A stretch of DNA of 64,000 bases from an uncultured bacterium (GTDB taxonomy: Bacteria; Krumholzibacteriota; Krumholzibacteriia; LZORAL124-64-63). The stretch covers positions 165,315-229,314 of the forward strand of contig CAVYVY010000025.1 in the NCBI GenBank assembly GCA_963772145.1, written 5' to 3'. The notes beneath the pieces are model-generated. The model made no database searches. It was given only the letters and a program-made list of their open reading frames with translations, and was not told the DNA's origin. Below are positions 52,124 through 64,000 of this stretch, piece by piece. How positions within the stretch are numbered: the stretch's first letter is position 1; every line of letters begins with the position of its first letter. The translations under genes and the position numbers were made by a program.

Positions 52124-52876
52124 TCAGGAGCGCCGCGCCAGCCCCTGCAGGATGCCGCGCACCAGCCCCTCCACCAGATCGTCCAGCGCCGCCGGGAGCG
52201 GATCGCCCCCGGGCACGCACGGCGCGAACACGTGCGCCGCGTCCCGACCGCCGCGCAGGGCCGCCACCTCGCCGGCGCCCAGACGGCGCTCCCCCCCCGC
52301 GAGGCGCGCCAGGAGCGTGACCTGCGCGAGCCGCTCCACGGTCTCGAGCCGGAAGAACGCCTCGGTCAGCGTGGCGCCGACGGCGACCACTCCGTGGTTG
52401 GCCAGCAGGAGCGCGTCGTGGCCGGCGATCAGATCCCGCACGGCGCGCGGGACCTCCTCCGTGCCAGGGGTGGCGTAGGGGGCGAGGGGAACCGAGCCGA
52501 GCGTCGCCACGACCTCCGGCAGCAGGCAGCCGTCCAGCGCCTGGCCCGCCGCGGCGAACGCCGTGGCGAATGGTGGATGGCCGTGGCAGACCGCGGCCAC
52601 GTCGGCGCGCACGCCGTAGATCTCGCGGTGCAGGCGCCACTCGGAACTGGGCCGGGCCCCCGCGGGGGAATCGCCGGCCGGCCGACCCCGGAGATCCACG
52701 GCCACGGCGTCCGCCTCGGTGAGCTGACCCTTGCAGCGGCCGGCGGGGGTCACCAGAAAGCGATCGCCGCCGAGGCGGGCGGACAGGTTGCCCTCGGCGG
52801 CGACGACGAGTTGACGATCATACATCAGGCGGCCGATCCGCACCATTTCAGCTCGCAGCGCGGCCTCGTCCGACAT
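52124..52876 (-). CDS. class II aldolase/adducin-family protein (L-fuculose-phosphate aldolase / MtnB-like)
   Basis: Intact 250 aa from ATG at 52876. VAAEGNLSARLGGDRFLVTPAG and HGHPPFATAF / ANHGVVAVG motifs. Confidence 0.7.
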   Translation of the reverse strand: MSDEAALRAEMVRIGRLMYDRQLVVAAEGNLSARLGGDRFLVTPAGRCKGQLTEADAVAVDLRGRPAGDSPAGARPSSEWRLHREIYGVRADVAAVCHGHPPFATAFAAAGQALDGCLLPEVVATLGSVPLAPYATPGTEEVPRAVRDLIAGHDALLLANHGVVAVGATLTEAFFRLETVERLAQVTLLARLAGGERRLGAGEVAALRGGRDAAHVFAPCVPGGDPLPAALDDLVEGLVRGILQGLARRS

Positions 52877-52890
52877 CCCTGCCCCCGGGC

Positions 52891-54259
52891 TCACCAGCCC
52901 TGGAACGTGAAAACATGCGTCATGATGCGAGCGAAGTACTCCAGTTCGATACGCTTCGCCGCGGCCAGTTGATTCACCAGGACGTCGTTCATCAGGGGAT
53001 CCGCCGCCCGGATTTCGTCGCGCGCCTCCAGTTCCAGGCGATCGAGCATCTCGGTCGGAAAGCCCATGGCGCTGGAGAGCAGCAGGACGTTGTTCGATCC
53101 GGGCAGGAACCGGGCCTGGACGTCGTCCTCCCGGCTGAAGAAGGCGATTTGCCGGCTCCAGCCGACCGTCCGACGGGATCCGCCAGATGGAACGATCGTG
53201 CAGGGTGATCGACGGTGCGCGTCGCGTGGACGTGAACACGATGGTGGAGCCGTCCGCACTGAAGGACGGCTCGCTGTTCTGGATCGGGATCGGATTCCCG
53301 TCGGGTATGCTCGTGAAGGTGAGCCGCCTGAGCCCCTGGTCGAGCGGCACCGTGCCGGTGGCGGCCTGAGTCCCGTCGAAGGTGATGGAGAAGATTTCAC
53401 TGCCGTAGAAAGAGCCGCCATCGATGAGATCGAGCGTGGCGTCGAACGCGATCCGGCCCCCGTCCGCGGACCACGCCGGGTTGCCGATCAATGGCCCCTT
53501 CGCTCGTCAACGGCATCGCGATCATCGGCGTCCGGTTCAGGCTGACGACCCAGAGTCGCTGCTTGGTGTAGGTCTGCAGCGAGTCCGGCGAGATGCGCGA
53601 GCTGCCGAAACGCGAGAAGGCGACCCACTGACCGTCCGGAGAGATCGCCGGATCGTGGTGCTGCCAGTAACGGCCCGTCGCTCCAGCAGATCCTCGCTCT
53701 CGTAGTAGACGAATTTCGGGCACGATGGAGATCTTGGTCAGGTCGGCCCGGAAAAGACGATCGCCGCGCCGCGTATGCATCCAGAAGATCAGGGTTTGAT
53801 CGTCCAGCCAGCAGGGCGAACCCTTCTGGTCATCGAGCATGCGGATACTGCATCCAGGCGCGCGTCCGCCACCGCGATGAGTGCACGGCGAACGAAAACG
53901 GCACCAGCGTGGCGCCCGACTCCGCCAGGCGCTGCTCCGGATGCGTGCCGACACGATTCGGAACGAGCACCAGCTGGCGGATCGTCGGCACGGGATCAGG
54001 CGGCTGGCCGCTGACGGCAGAGCCGCCCAGTCGACCGTGAAGACGATGCGGAGCCGTCGGGCGAGAGGCTCGGCTCCAGATAGTGATAGCCGTTGGACGA
54101 GGTGTCGGTGGTGACCATCACCAGCGTGCCGGGTGAGTGGTTCCCCTGCAACACCAGCGTCTCGTTCGGATCTTCCCGCGTCGAGCACCCGACCACCAGG
54201 GTCGCCAGGAGCAGCCCACAGTAGAAGAGCGGCAGGGCAGGTGACTTGAACCGCGTCAT
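52891..54259 (-). CDS. lipoprotein with TolB-like PD40 beta-propeller repeats; multiple apparent frameshifts
   Basis: ATG at 54259. Lipobox LATLVVGC. PD40-like blades (PSLSPDGS..., AISPDGQWVAFSR, PAWSADGGRIAF, PSFSADGSTIVFTS) distributed over ORFs 53996-54385, 53397-54287, 52124-53491 (N-terminal part) and 52891-53421. Confidence 0.5.
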
Positions 54260-54415
54260 CGGCACAATGACCTCCGGCAACAGACACCGAATGCCGACCG
54301 GGCCGACACGGCCCGACCGGCGCGCGCGGACGGTGGGAAGTCGCACGCGAAAACTGTCATAAAGTAACGGCTTCGGCGGTCGCAAATCAACCGGGGATTG
54401 GCCCGGAGCGCCCGC

Positions 54416-55352
54416 TCAGCGAATGATTTTGAACGGAACCGGAAGACGCAGCCACGACCAGACCGGGTATTCACCGAGCCGGGCCGGTTCGAACCGCGCC
54501 GCCAGCAGGGCCGCGACCGCGGCCGTGGTGAGGCGGGAATCGGGGCTCGCCACGGTCACGGTCTGCACCACGAACCCCGCGGGATCGATCAGAAGATCCA
54601 GCTCCACCACTCCGGACTTGCCCTCTCGACCCGCCTCGACAGGAAAGTCGGGGACCACCCGGCTGACGAGCCGGGCCGGTCGACCCTGCAATCCCTGATA
54701 ACGACGCAGGATCTCCAGGCTGCGCGGCAGCAGGCACTTGCGGATCCCCTCGGCCAGCGACAGGGCCGCGGCGGCGGTGTCGCCACGGGCGGTGGACAGA
54801 TCGGACAACAGGTACTCGACGCTCCCGTCGTCGGGCCGCACAGTCCGCGCCTCCCGCAGCAGCGATTCCGCCCGGTCCAGGAGACGTTCGCGGGTCCGGG
54901 ACCATTGCCGCGTGGCCGCCGCCGGCCCCTCGCGCGGCACCAGGACCCGCTCGCCACGAGCGCCCAGCAGGTACATCTGCCCGAGGGTGACCAGCAGCAG
55001 ACCGTCGCGGGGGTGTGCACGGAGGCAGATTTCCAGCTCCATGATGGCGTCGGATCCCGCGCGTTGGTTCCGATAGAGATCCCACGCCAAGACCGAGGAG
55101 CGCTCGACCGCGGCGGGCGCCTCGTCGGCCCGGCGGCAGCGCGCGAGCACGTGCGGCCGCCAGTCCCCTTCGGGAGCAGGCGATTCTCGCCAGACCTCCG
55201 GCGTCGACTGCTGCGCCGCGTCGGGCAGGCGGGGATCCGGGAGACGGGCAACGCCTGCCGGGTCGCCACGGGCGCACATCCGGCGAGAACAGGCCCAGCG
55301 TCAAGGCGAGGCCACCCGCCAGGCGACAGAGCCGGTCAGTGACAGACGTCAA
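54416..55352 (-). CDS. TonB-family energy transducer (C-terminal TonB domain); apparent frameshift
   Basis: TonB-C signature VPDFPVEAGREGKSGVVELDLLIDPAGFVVQTVTVASPDSRLTTAAVAALLAARFEP in ORF 54416-55279. N-terminal signal/TM (LAGGLALTLGLF) in ORF 54471-55352. Confidence 0.55.
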
Positions 55353-55524
55353 GAGAGCACCTCGATGCGGCCAGACGCGGGCCGGACAGGCGAACGCGGG
55401 CCATGACGCAGACTACGCCCGAGGCGCGACGCACGGCAACCGGCAACCCACCCCGTCCCCGCAACGGCCACCGCCGCGTAGATTGCGGCGGCGGCAGAGA
55501 AGGACGAGGACGCAGACCTCCGTC

Positions 55525-56464
55525 TCAGCGGTAGGTGTTCTTCACGGCGCCCCAGGTGGCGTCCGTAACGGGAATGCTCGGATCGACGCTGGCCGTCGTG
55601 AACGAATCGCACTCCAGCCGACTGCCCAGGGTCACCACGTCGCCGGTCATGCTCACCGCGAACGCGGTGTACCAGTACTGGCTGACCTGCGGATTATCGT
55701 GGATCACGGCGTAGCTCTGCCCCGGTATCGTCGGCATGACAGTCAGCAGATTCTCCGTCGAAGATCGACGTGGGCGACACACCGTCGGCGCGGTAGCGGA
55801 TCATCGTGAATTCGCCGCCGCCGGCGGTCCAGCCAAGTTCGATCACGAAACCGCCCGACTGCAGGGCGGTCAGCCCCCGCACCGGCGCAGTGCGGCTCCC
55901 GGCAGAGCGGCGGCTGGCAGTGGTAGAGGTCTGTGGCGCCGGCGTAGACGCCGTGGCGCGGCGTGACGGCCGGCAGCTCACCACTGAAGATGTTGGTCAC
56001 GTCGGCGCTCCGGAACCGCCGAAGCCGGCCACGTCGGCGAACAGCGTTGTCGTACCCGCGGGGACCAGCAAGCTCGAGCTGGCCCAGCAGCGCCGGACCG
56101 CAGAGGGTGCCGCTCAGTTCGAGATCGACGAACCAGAGACCCCCGTCCTGGACGGGCCATCCATCCGCGACCGGGTCACGCCCGGCGCGGGCTGAAAGCC
56201 GGTGATCTCCGCGGACGCGACGAGGCGCAGGCGGGCGCCCAACGCTTCGCCCTGGAGATTGTAGGCGTACACCGGCAGGGCAAGGGCGCCCGGCAGCGTC
56301 CCCGGCAACGGCATGGCGCACAGATCCGCCTCCCCCTCACCCGGATGAAAATCGATGCGCGGCAGATAGTCGGTGCCGAAGCCGACGACATTCGCGCTCG
56401 TCGGCGAGAGCGCCTCGCAGACTCCACCCTGCGCGGCCGCTGTCGTCAGGAGCGAGAGCGCCAT
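55525..56464 (-). CDS. hypothetical secreted protein; split over 3 frames
   Basis: Signal peptide MALSLLTTAAAQGG (ORF 56114-56464) with continuation in ORFs 55743-56321 and 55525-55782. No family recognised. Confidence 0.3.
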
Positions 56465-56771
56465 GATGATCGTCGTTCGCCAGCGGACCCGCCTCTGCCG
56501 ACCACCGGCGGAGCATCTGATTCATGCCAACATCCTTTCCTGGCCGGGCCGCACCGGCCAGCAATTCCCTAACCTATCCTGTTGCCAGACCGGACGACTT
56601 GACGATCCCCCAAGAGCAGACAATAATAATACAGCAATACAACAAATTCGTCAAGAGCGTGTCATGATAAAGCAAATTATTGGCGGCAAACTTGCCGGTT
56701 TGGGATTCTGTAACCGGAGGATTGAAGCCGCCGTGCGAGCGCGCGGCGGAGGCCGCCCCCCGCAGCGGGCG

Positions 56772-58339
56772 TCAACGCGGCTTGTCGGTCCGGGCGGGAT
56801 CGAGGGCGTCCGCGCGACGCAACTCCTCCTGCGCCTCCGCCTGATGCCCGAGCCGCTCAAGCAGCAGCGCCCGATTGTGCCGGTAGGAGGACTGCCGGCC
56901 ATCGAGCACGATCGCCCGCTCCACAGCGCGCAGACCCTTCCGGGTCGCGATCAGTCTCGATCAGGACAACCGCCGCCATCCCCCAGAGCTCGGAATCGTC
57001 TGCGAAGGCGGCGCTTCCGCACCCGGGCGGTGGTGCTGCCACGACGCCCCGCCACCCGCCTCGCCCGTGCGGGCTCGGCGCGTCCCCGGCAGCCCGCTCC
57101 TCCGGGAGCGCCGTCAGCAGCGACAACGCCCGCGTCGGGTCAGCCAGAACGCGATCCGCCTCGAGGATCAGGCGACCGCTCCTGGACGTCGAGCGAGTCC
57201 GGCCAGAGCGGGGCCAGCAACGCGATGACGCCGCGCGCATCTCCTGTGCGCAGCCGGGCCGGGCGAGGGTCCGACGCACGGCCGGTCTCGGGACGGCCTC
57301 CCAGGCACCTTCGCAAGGGCGCAGGGCAGCCGTGAAGTTGCCCGCCGACAATTCAAGGCACCGAACGCTCTGGGGCGCCGGGACAGTCGTCGCAGAGTCG
57401 TCCTGCCCTCCTCCAGTTCCCAGCACGGGCGGCCACGGTTTGTCCGTAGGCCGCCAAAGCCTGCCCGTAATCGACCCGCGCCCGCCAGGCGGTCGGGTCG
57501 AGCGCGACAGCCGCCTCGAACTCGGCGAACGCCCGTCCCCGCTCACCGAGGGCCATCAGAGCGCTGGCCAGGTTGAGGTGCAGGGTTGCGGCTCGCGGGG
57601 CGCCGCGCAGACCCCGTTCGAAGGCCGCCACCGCCGCGGCGAAGCGGCCCAGCCGCCCCAGGGCCAGACCCTGCCGCTCCTCCAGTTGCCAGGCCAGTTC
57701 AGCAAACGGGCCGGCCCGGGCCAGCAGCAGGTCCACTTCGCGCACGCCGCGGCATCGGCCCGCACCGCCAGCAGCGAGTCCACCCGTGCCAGCCCCTGTC
57801 GCAGGGCCGCCGCCTCGGGCGGGGAACCGGGAGCGGAAAACGCGGCCGTCACGACGGACACGAGGGTCACCACGATCAGCGTCGCGATCAGGACAGCATG
57901 CCGTCCGTCGGCCAGGAAAGGCGCGCCACCGGCCGCAGAGCATATTGAGCGGGTGACCCCGGGGCAGCGCTCGGAAAACAGGCGGACGCCGCCGCCCCAT
58001 CACCTGGAGTTCGTTCGAAACCCGGGGATCTCCCGGCGAGAGCGAGAAGGCTTTCATGAGAAAACGGAACGCCTGTTGCTTGCGACCACCCAGCAGATAG
58101 ATGCGACCAAGGGCATGGTATCCGCTCGCCTCGCCGGGCGCCACCTTGATGGCGCGCGCCGCCAGACGCTCGGCGGTGACGTAGCGACGCTGTCCCTCGG
58201 CCAGACAGAGCGCGAGCGCGGCCAGACAGCCGGCATGTTCCGGCACCCTTGCCAACCCCTGGCGCAGTGAGCGCTCCGCCCCCTCGTGATCGCCGCGTTC
58301 GAGGCTGACGATCGCGCTGCGCAGCAGGGATTCCACCAC
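56772..58339 (-). CDS. TPR repeat protein; multiple apparent frameshifts
   Basis: TPR-like segments in ORFs 57353-58339 and 56857-57546. The true C-terminus (ALLLERLGHQAEAQEELRRADALDPARTDKPR-stop at 56772) was found by manual translation in a frame lacking a start codon. Confidence 0.4.
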
Positions 58340-58597
58340 GAGCCGGTCCGCGCCGCTGCCGGCTTGGGGAGGAGGATGAAACGACCACGGTCATGCGCTG
58401 GTCCCTTCGCTGCCACGCGCCGAGCCTGCAAACGGCCGACTGCGGGCGATTTTAGGTTGGGCACGGGCGAGGAGCCGCGGGATCAGTGCCTTCAAGCGCC
58501 GGGCCGTTCCCGGGAGTATCTCGTGCCACCCCGTGGAGGCTGGCAATGCAAAGATCGCACCTTATCAAAATACGACGTCCAAAACATCAAAACACTC

Positions 58598-58627
58598 TTG
58601 ACCAATCGGCGCCATCTTTGATATCAT
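58598..58627 (+). promoter_or_regulatory. sigma70-type promoter candidate TTGACC-N18-TATCAT
   Basis: Sits in an AT-rich patch ~40 nt upstream of the ATG ATG at 58669. Confidence 0.4.
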
Positions 58628-58668
58628 TTTCCTGTTGGTTACGAACACCTCAACCCTTCGGGGGCCAG

Positions 58669-59436
58669 ATGATGGCTTATAGAAGTCTGGCCCGAGTTCC
58701 TGCCGCGACCGCGGCGTCCGCCTCTCTGCGCCCTCGCCATGCTGGTGCTTCTCGTGCCGGCCATGGCTCCGGCCTTCGAGAGCAATCACCAAAGCGTCGA
58801 CCTGGTCTGGAGCATCGATGGCGCGGAGTGCGCAGCCGCCCCGATGACCCTGACAGGCGACGGCTTCTGGAGGTCAGCCGCGGCTGCCGGGGGCAACAGG
58901 CAGTGATGTGACAGCTCTCGTCTATTTTCAGTACATGGTCGACGGCAATCTGCAGCCGAACTACTACGGTAAGGACATCGAGCGGGAATTCGGCCTGCTG
59001 TTCGGACCGAATCCGCCCAGCGTGGTCGCTTCCATCGCCGTGCCGGGCTACACGATCTTCACGCTCGACGAGACTGCGCTCTCTATTCGGTCACGCCGGC
59101 GCCCGGCCTGATCCGCGCCACCGTGACGTACGAAGGGACGGGCTCTCCGCCTCCCGCCGATCTGCTGGCCGCCACCCGCGTCGACGTTCGCGACCAGACC
59201 GCTTCGATCGACCTCGGCGCCTGGGGCGGCGCCGACGCGCAGTCGGTGCTGACGATCGGGGGGCTGCTGCCGGCCCGCACCTATGAGTTGGACGTTCTCC
59301 GCCCCCGGCTATCAGTCGGTCAGCCGTCATCGAGGCGCTGCCGGACGCCAGTCCTCGTGATATCATGGTCACCCTGCGGAAGCTGGTCCCGACCGAGCAG
59401 AACAGTTGGGGCACGTTCAAGTCCCTGTACCGCTGA
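58669..59436 (+). CDS. hypothetical secreted protein; several apparent frameshifts
   Basis: Hydrophobic signal-like ALAMLVLLVPAMAPAFE. Plausible segments in three frames (ORFs 58908-59111, 59123-59446, plus a C-terminal ...IEALPDASPRDIMVTLRKLVPTEQNSWGTFKSLYR-stop). Confidence 0.3.
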
Positions 59437-59599
59437 TAGGGAGTGAACTTGTGTCAAAGGGCCGCCTTCCTGCGGGGAGGCGGCTCTTCTTTTGTCTTTT
59501 CCCGGTTCCGATATCCGGAGGCGGTGGAAGCGCCGCACCGGAGGTCACCCCCGACGATGGAACCACCGGAGGGAACGATACGCCTCGGCGCGTCTCGCC

Positions 59600-60205
59600 T
59601 CAGCCGGCGGAAGCCCCGGAGCCGGGAGGCGGCGGCGCGGGCGGCAGCGCACACCGACCGAAGCGGCAGAGAATCAAGGCGCCCAGACCGTAGGCCAGAG
59701 CGACGATTCTCAGGAGAACGTCGAGCCCGACCAGGAGACCGGCCACGACCCACAGTCCCGGCACCAGCCCGAGCAGCGCCCCCAGAAGGCCCGGCAGATG
59801 CAGCAGGAACAGCCCGAGCGAGGTGAACGAAAGCCGGTGCGACCATCCCAGGCCCCAGGCGACCGCCACGCGGGCGCCGAGTTGATGGCTCGTCACCCCC
59901 AGCGCGAGCAGGGCCAGCGCCAGGTAGGCGACGCAGAGCAGCAGGGCGAGCGGGATTCCGATCAGCGTGAGGATCAGCACCGCCATGAGGAACGTCAGCA
60001 GCAGGTGGCCTGCCAACAGCCAGAGGAGGCCCTGCCCCAGACAGACCGTCGGACGCGAACAGAGTGCGTCGAGCGCCCGATTGAGCCGGTCACGCGGGAC
60101 GAGCACGAAGAGCAGCATCATCAGCAGGGCGGTGGACAGCAGAAGCAGCAGCTTCGCCGCGAACGCGAGCCAGCCGCCCCACAGCAGCCGGCGAAAACCA
60201 CCCAT
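59600..60205 (-). CDS. polytopic membrane protein (hypothetical)
   Basis: ATG at 60205 (MGGFRRLLWGGWLAFAAKLLLLLSTALL...) followed by four or more hydrophobic helices. Confidence 0.4.
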   Translation of the reverse strand: MGGFRRLLWGGWLAFAAKLLLLLSTALLMMLLFVLVPRDRLNRALDALCSRPTVCLGQGLLWLLAGHLLLTFLMAVLILTLIGIPLALLLCVAYLALALLALGVTSHQLGARVAVAWGLGWSHRLSFTSLGLFLLHLPGLLGALLGLVPGLWVVAGLLVGLDVLLRIVALAYGLGALILCRFGRCALPPAPPPPGSGASAG

Positions 60206-61040
60206 GCCGCGGGGCAAGTCCGGAGTCGAGCGCGAACACGCTGCCCCCCACCTCGGCCCGCGGATCACGTTCAAGGTGGCCGAGCAGCGACACGACATCG
60301 CGCCCCACCTCGGCATCGCCATCGAGATGGACGTTGCCGAGCACCGACACGACACGCCCATCGACGTGTCCGCGGACGACGACCTTGCCGAACACAGCGA
60401 TCACGTCTCCCCGCACGTCTTCGTCGGCCGTCACGTCGACGTCGCCGAACACCCGCACCACATCGCCGCCCACCACGCGCCGCGGCGGGGGAGGGGGCGG
60501 GGGGCCGGCGCGAAAATACGGGCCGCCGCGTCCCTGACGGACGGCGTCGTCAGGCGCCACTGCTGTCGCGCCGTTCCGCCGCGAATCACCAGGGTGTCCG
60601 GCAGTTCGTCGAGGATGGAGGCCGTGATCGAACTGATGCCCTGGCTGATCCGCGTGCCGAGATCGGGAGGAATGTTGATGCGGACGCGTCCGCCGCCGGC
60701 CCGGTCACGCAGCGAAATGGCCTGGTCCTCGATCTGAACGTCGAGGTTGGACAGTTCCTGGGTCAGGTTTTCGAGCACACCACCCAGCTCATCGAGCGCC
60801 TGATCGATCGCCTGTTCCTGGACCGAATCGGGCAGCGAAGCGATCGCCCGCAGGCGCGACACGCGCAGGCGGAGGCTCTCGGCGACGGCCGAATCAGGCA
60901 ACTGGCCGCGCGGCGCCGGCGGGACCGTCTTCCGCCAACGCGCGGCCCGGCGGGACGGCGCCAGGCGAGCAGCAGCACCAAGACGAAGGCCCGCCGGACA
61001 GGGATCGCCCGGCGGGACAGCTGGCACGCGCACACCTGAG
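60090..61040 (-). CDS. beta-helical repeat protein (bactofilin / DUF4097 toast-rack-like); frameshifted, boundaries approximate
   Basis: C-terminal part (ORF 60090-60560) has VxGxV-type repeats (VVRVFGDVDVTADEDVRGDVIAVFGKVVVRGHVDGRVVSVLGNVHLDGDAEVGRDVV). The N-terminal part is in ORF 60431-61078. Confidence 0.35.
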
Positions 61041-61046
61041 CGGGGT

Positions 61047-61566
61047 TCAGCCACTCTCCGACCTCTGTACGTGTCCATAACGACGCCGCACCAGACGCTG
61101 CAGGCGCACGATCGCCTCGGGAAGCAGACCGCCCAGCAGCGCCACGATCGCGAGGTCCGGCCAACGTCCGCTGAGCAGGCCGGCGCCGGTCACGACGGCC
61201 AGCGCCACCCCCGTCCCGCGCACGAGGGGTGCCCGCAACGGCGCGGGCAGGAAATTCTCCTCCAGGAACACCGGCACCCGCTCGCGCCGCAGCGGTTCCA
61301 TCGCACGGTAGGCGGCGTACGGCACCGCCGCAAGCACCCGGGCATCGAAATCCGCCGGCACGGCCAGCGGCGGCAGCGCATCCAGTTGCGCGAACAACTG
61401 CTTGACCGCGGCCAATTCGGCATGCACAGTCGCGGCAGTCGCGCGCGTGCAGGAAGACTTCGAGCGAACGCTCCCGGGCGAGATCGCCGTCAACGTACGC
61501 CTGGAAATCCGCGCGCAGGGCGCGGCAGACGTCCGGTCGGTCCGAATGTTCGAGATTTCCGTTCAT
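61047..61566 (-). CDS. anti-sigma factor with zf-HC2 zinc-finger and C-terminal TM segment; apparent frameshift
   Basis: ATG at 61566 with AAGGAG RBS. MNGNLEHSDRPDVCRALRADFQAYVDGDL...LEVFLHARDCRDCA (H-x3-C-x2-C). TM (VALAVVTGAGLLSG...IVALLGGLL) in ORF 61047-61493. Confidence 0.55.
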
Positions 61567-61955
61567 CGCCAACTCCTTCCCGCTGGGCGGGTGCGGGGGA
61601 CGGCGCGCGTCCTGCCCGGCGCTGCGCCAGCCGACCTTGCCCGCTCCCGCCGTGCAACCGGATCCGCGGCTGGCGGCTGTTCCCCGGCCCGGCACGTCGT
61701 CGTGCCCAATCGCCCGTTCGCCCCGGGCACTCGGCGTTCAGGAGGAGGGTGAGGGCGACGACCGCGAGGTCCCCGCCCCCATCCCTGCCTCCCCAACAGG
61801 CAGGCGTCGTATCCCCCGACACGTACTGTTCGCCTGCGACTGTTGAGCCAGCCGCTCCTTACGGATGCGGCCCGGCAAGGTTGCGGGCGGTGCCGCCTTA
61901 TTTGCCGCCCGGATCAGATCAGGGCCGACGTGGCCAACGCGCGCCGCCGCGCGAC

Positions 61956-62537
61956 TCAGAGATCCAGCGCCCGATCGCGCAGGATCTGCATGATCATGTT
62001 GCGGGCCCGATGGATACGCGCCTTGACCGTCCCGAGCGGCAGATCGAGGATGGTGGCGATCTCCTCGTAGGACAGTTCCTCGTCGTGGCGCAGCAGAGTG
62101 ATGACCCGGTAGTGAGGCGGCAGGCCGGCGATGATCTCTTCGAGATGCGCCATCGCCTCCTTCCGCTCCAGCAGGCGATCGGGCCGCGGGCCGGGGTCCG
62201 GCAGCGGCAGTTCCATCTCCTCGCCCGAGGGGCCGACCTGCGCTTCGAGCGGCAGGAAGCGCAGTCGGTTGCGCCGCAGGTGGTCGATGCAGTGGTTCGT
62301 CGCGATCCGGAACAGCCAGCTCGAGAAGGCGTAGGTTTCGTCGTAGCGATCCAGCAGGGAGAAGACCTTGATGAACACCTCCTGCGCCAGATCGCGCGCG
62401 TCCTCGACGTTGCGGGTCATCCGGTAGCACAGGCCGTAGACCGGCGACCGGTACCGCTCGAGCAGTTGGGCAAAGGACGGCTCGTGGCCGCGCTTGCACC
62501 GGCGGATGAGCTGGAGGTCACTATGGCGGTCAAACAT
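61956..62537 (-). CDS. ECF-type RNA polymerase sigma factor (sigma-70 family, group 4)
   Basis: 193 aa from ATG at 62537. Region 2 (LAQEVFIKVF...YAFSSWLFRIATNHCIDHLRR) and region 4 (LSYEEIATILDLPLGTVKARIHRAR). Confidence 0.8.
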   Translation of the reverse strand: MFDRHSDLQLIRRCKRGHEPSFAQLLERYRSPVYGLCYRMTRNVEDARDLAQEVFIKVFSLLDRYDETYAFSSWLFRIATNHCIDHLRRNRLRFLPLEAQVGPSGEEMELPLPDPGPRPDRLLERKEAMAHLEEIIAGLPPHYRVITLLRHDEELSYEEIATILDLPLGTVKARIHRARNMIMQILRDRALDL

Positions 62538-62661
62538 CAGGCGGCCCTCGGAGCGCGAAGATAGGGGTCGTGCCGCGCGGACGGTCAACCGGGACTTCCG
62601 CCGGGCCGAGCCGCCGCCCGCCTCCGGCGGTCGTCTTGACACTGCTGCACGCGCCGCCTAG

Positions 62662-64000
<1,339 letters not shown>

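Noticed and set aside
61490-61822. 110-aa ORF inside the sigma/anti-sigma spacer
   Set aside because: Arg/Gly-rich, no RBS and no domain. It was treated as non-coding spacer, not a gene.

Overview
This is a 64-kb window of a ~70% GC bacterial chromosome with about 55 protein-coding genes and no rRNA, tRNA, CRISPR or mobile elements; the most notable feature is a putative sigma54-regulated cell-surface/T9SS locus on the minus strand, from an ArsR gene at 18.2 kb down to a PorV-like outer-membrane barrel at 4.3 kb (15 kb region: 18.2 -> 4.3 kb). A short Bacteroidota-type primary sigma factor, a T9SS C-terminal sorting domain, a PorV/FadL-like barrel and a complete Bat operon point to an FCB-superphylum organism, probably metagenome-derived. 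Recognisable housekeeping genes include rpoD-like, htrA, lpxH-like, rlmN, icmF, mutY, fadD-like, cca, ggt, rfbA/rfbB, tdk, queD and eno (which runs off the 3' end). About half of the genes are split across 2-4 reading frames by apparent single-base indels, while interspersed genes (rpoD-like, htrA, ggt, tdk, queD, eno, batC, DUF58) are intact; this looks like indel-type assembly error rather than decay, but that cannot be proven from the sequence alone. The putative sigma54 locus runs ArsR -> NtrC-type response regulator -> small secreted protein behind a consensus sigma70 promoter -> TPR-GAF sigma54 activator -> 800-bp AT-rich non-coding region -> two TGGCACG-N4-xTGC sigma54-type promoters -> FN3-like lipoprotein -> unusual aromatic-rich CXXCH secreted protein -> M6/InhA-like FG-GAP protein with T9SS CTD -> PorV-like barrel. 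Other blocks are a full Bat operon (moxR-DUF58-DUF4381-batABCDE plus a GT39/TPR membrane protein), an ECF sigma/anti-sigma module, and a GT1 plus alginate-export-like barrel pair. All calls rest on motif recognition by eye; no database searches were run.
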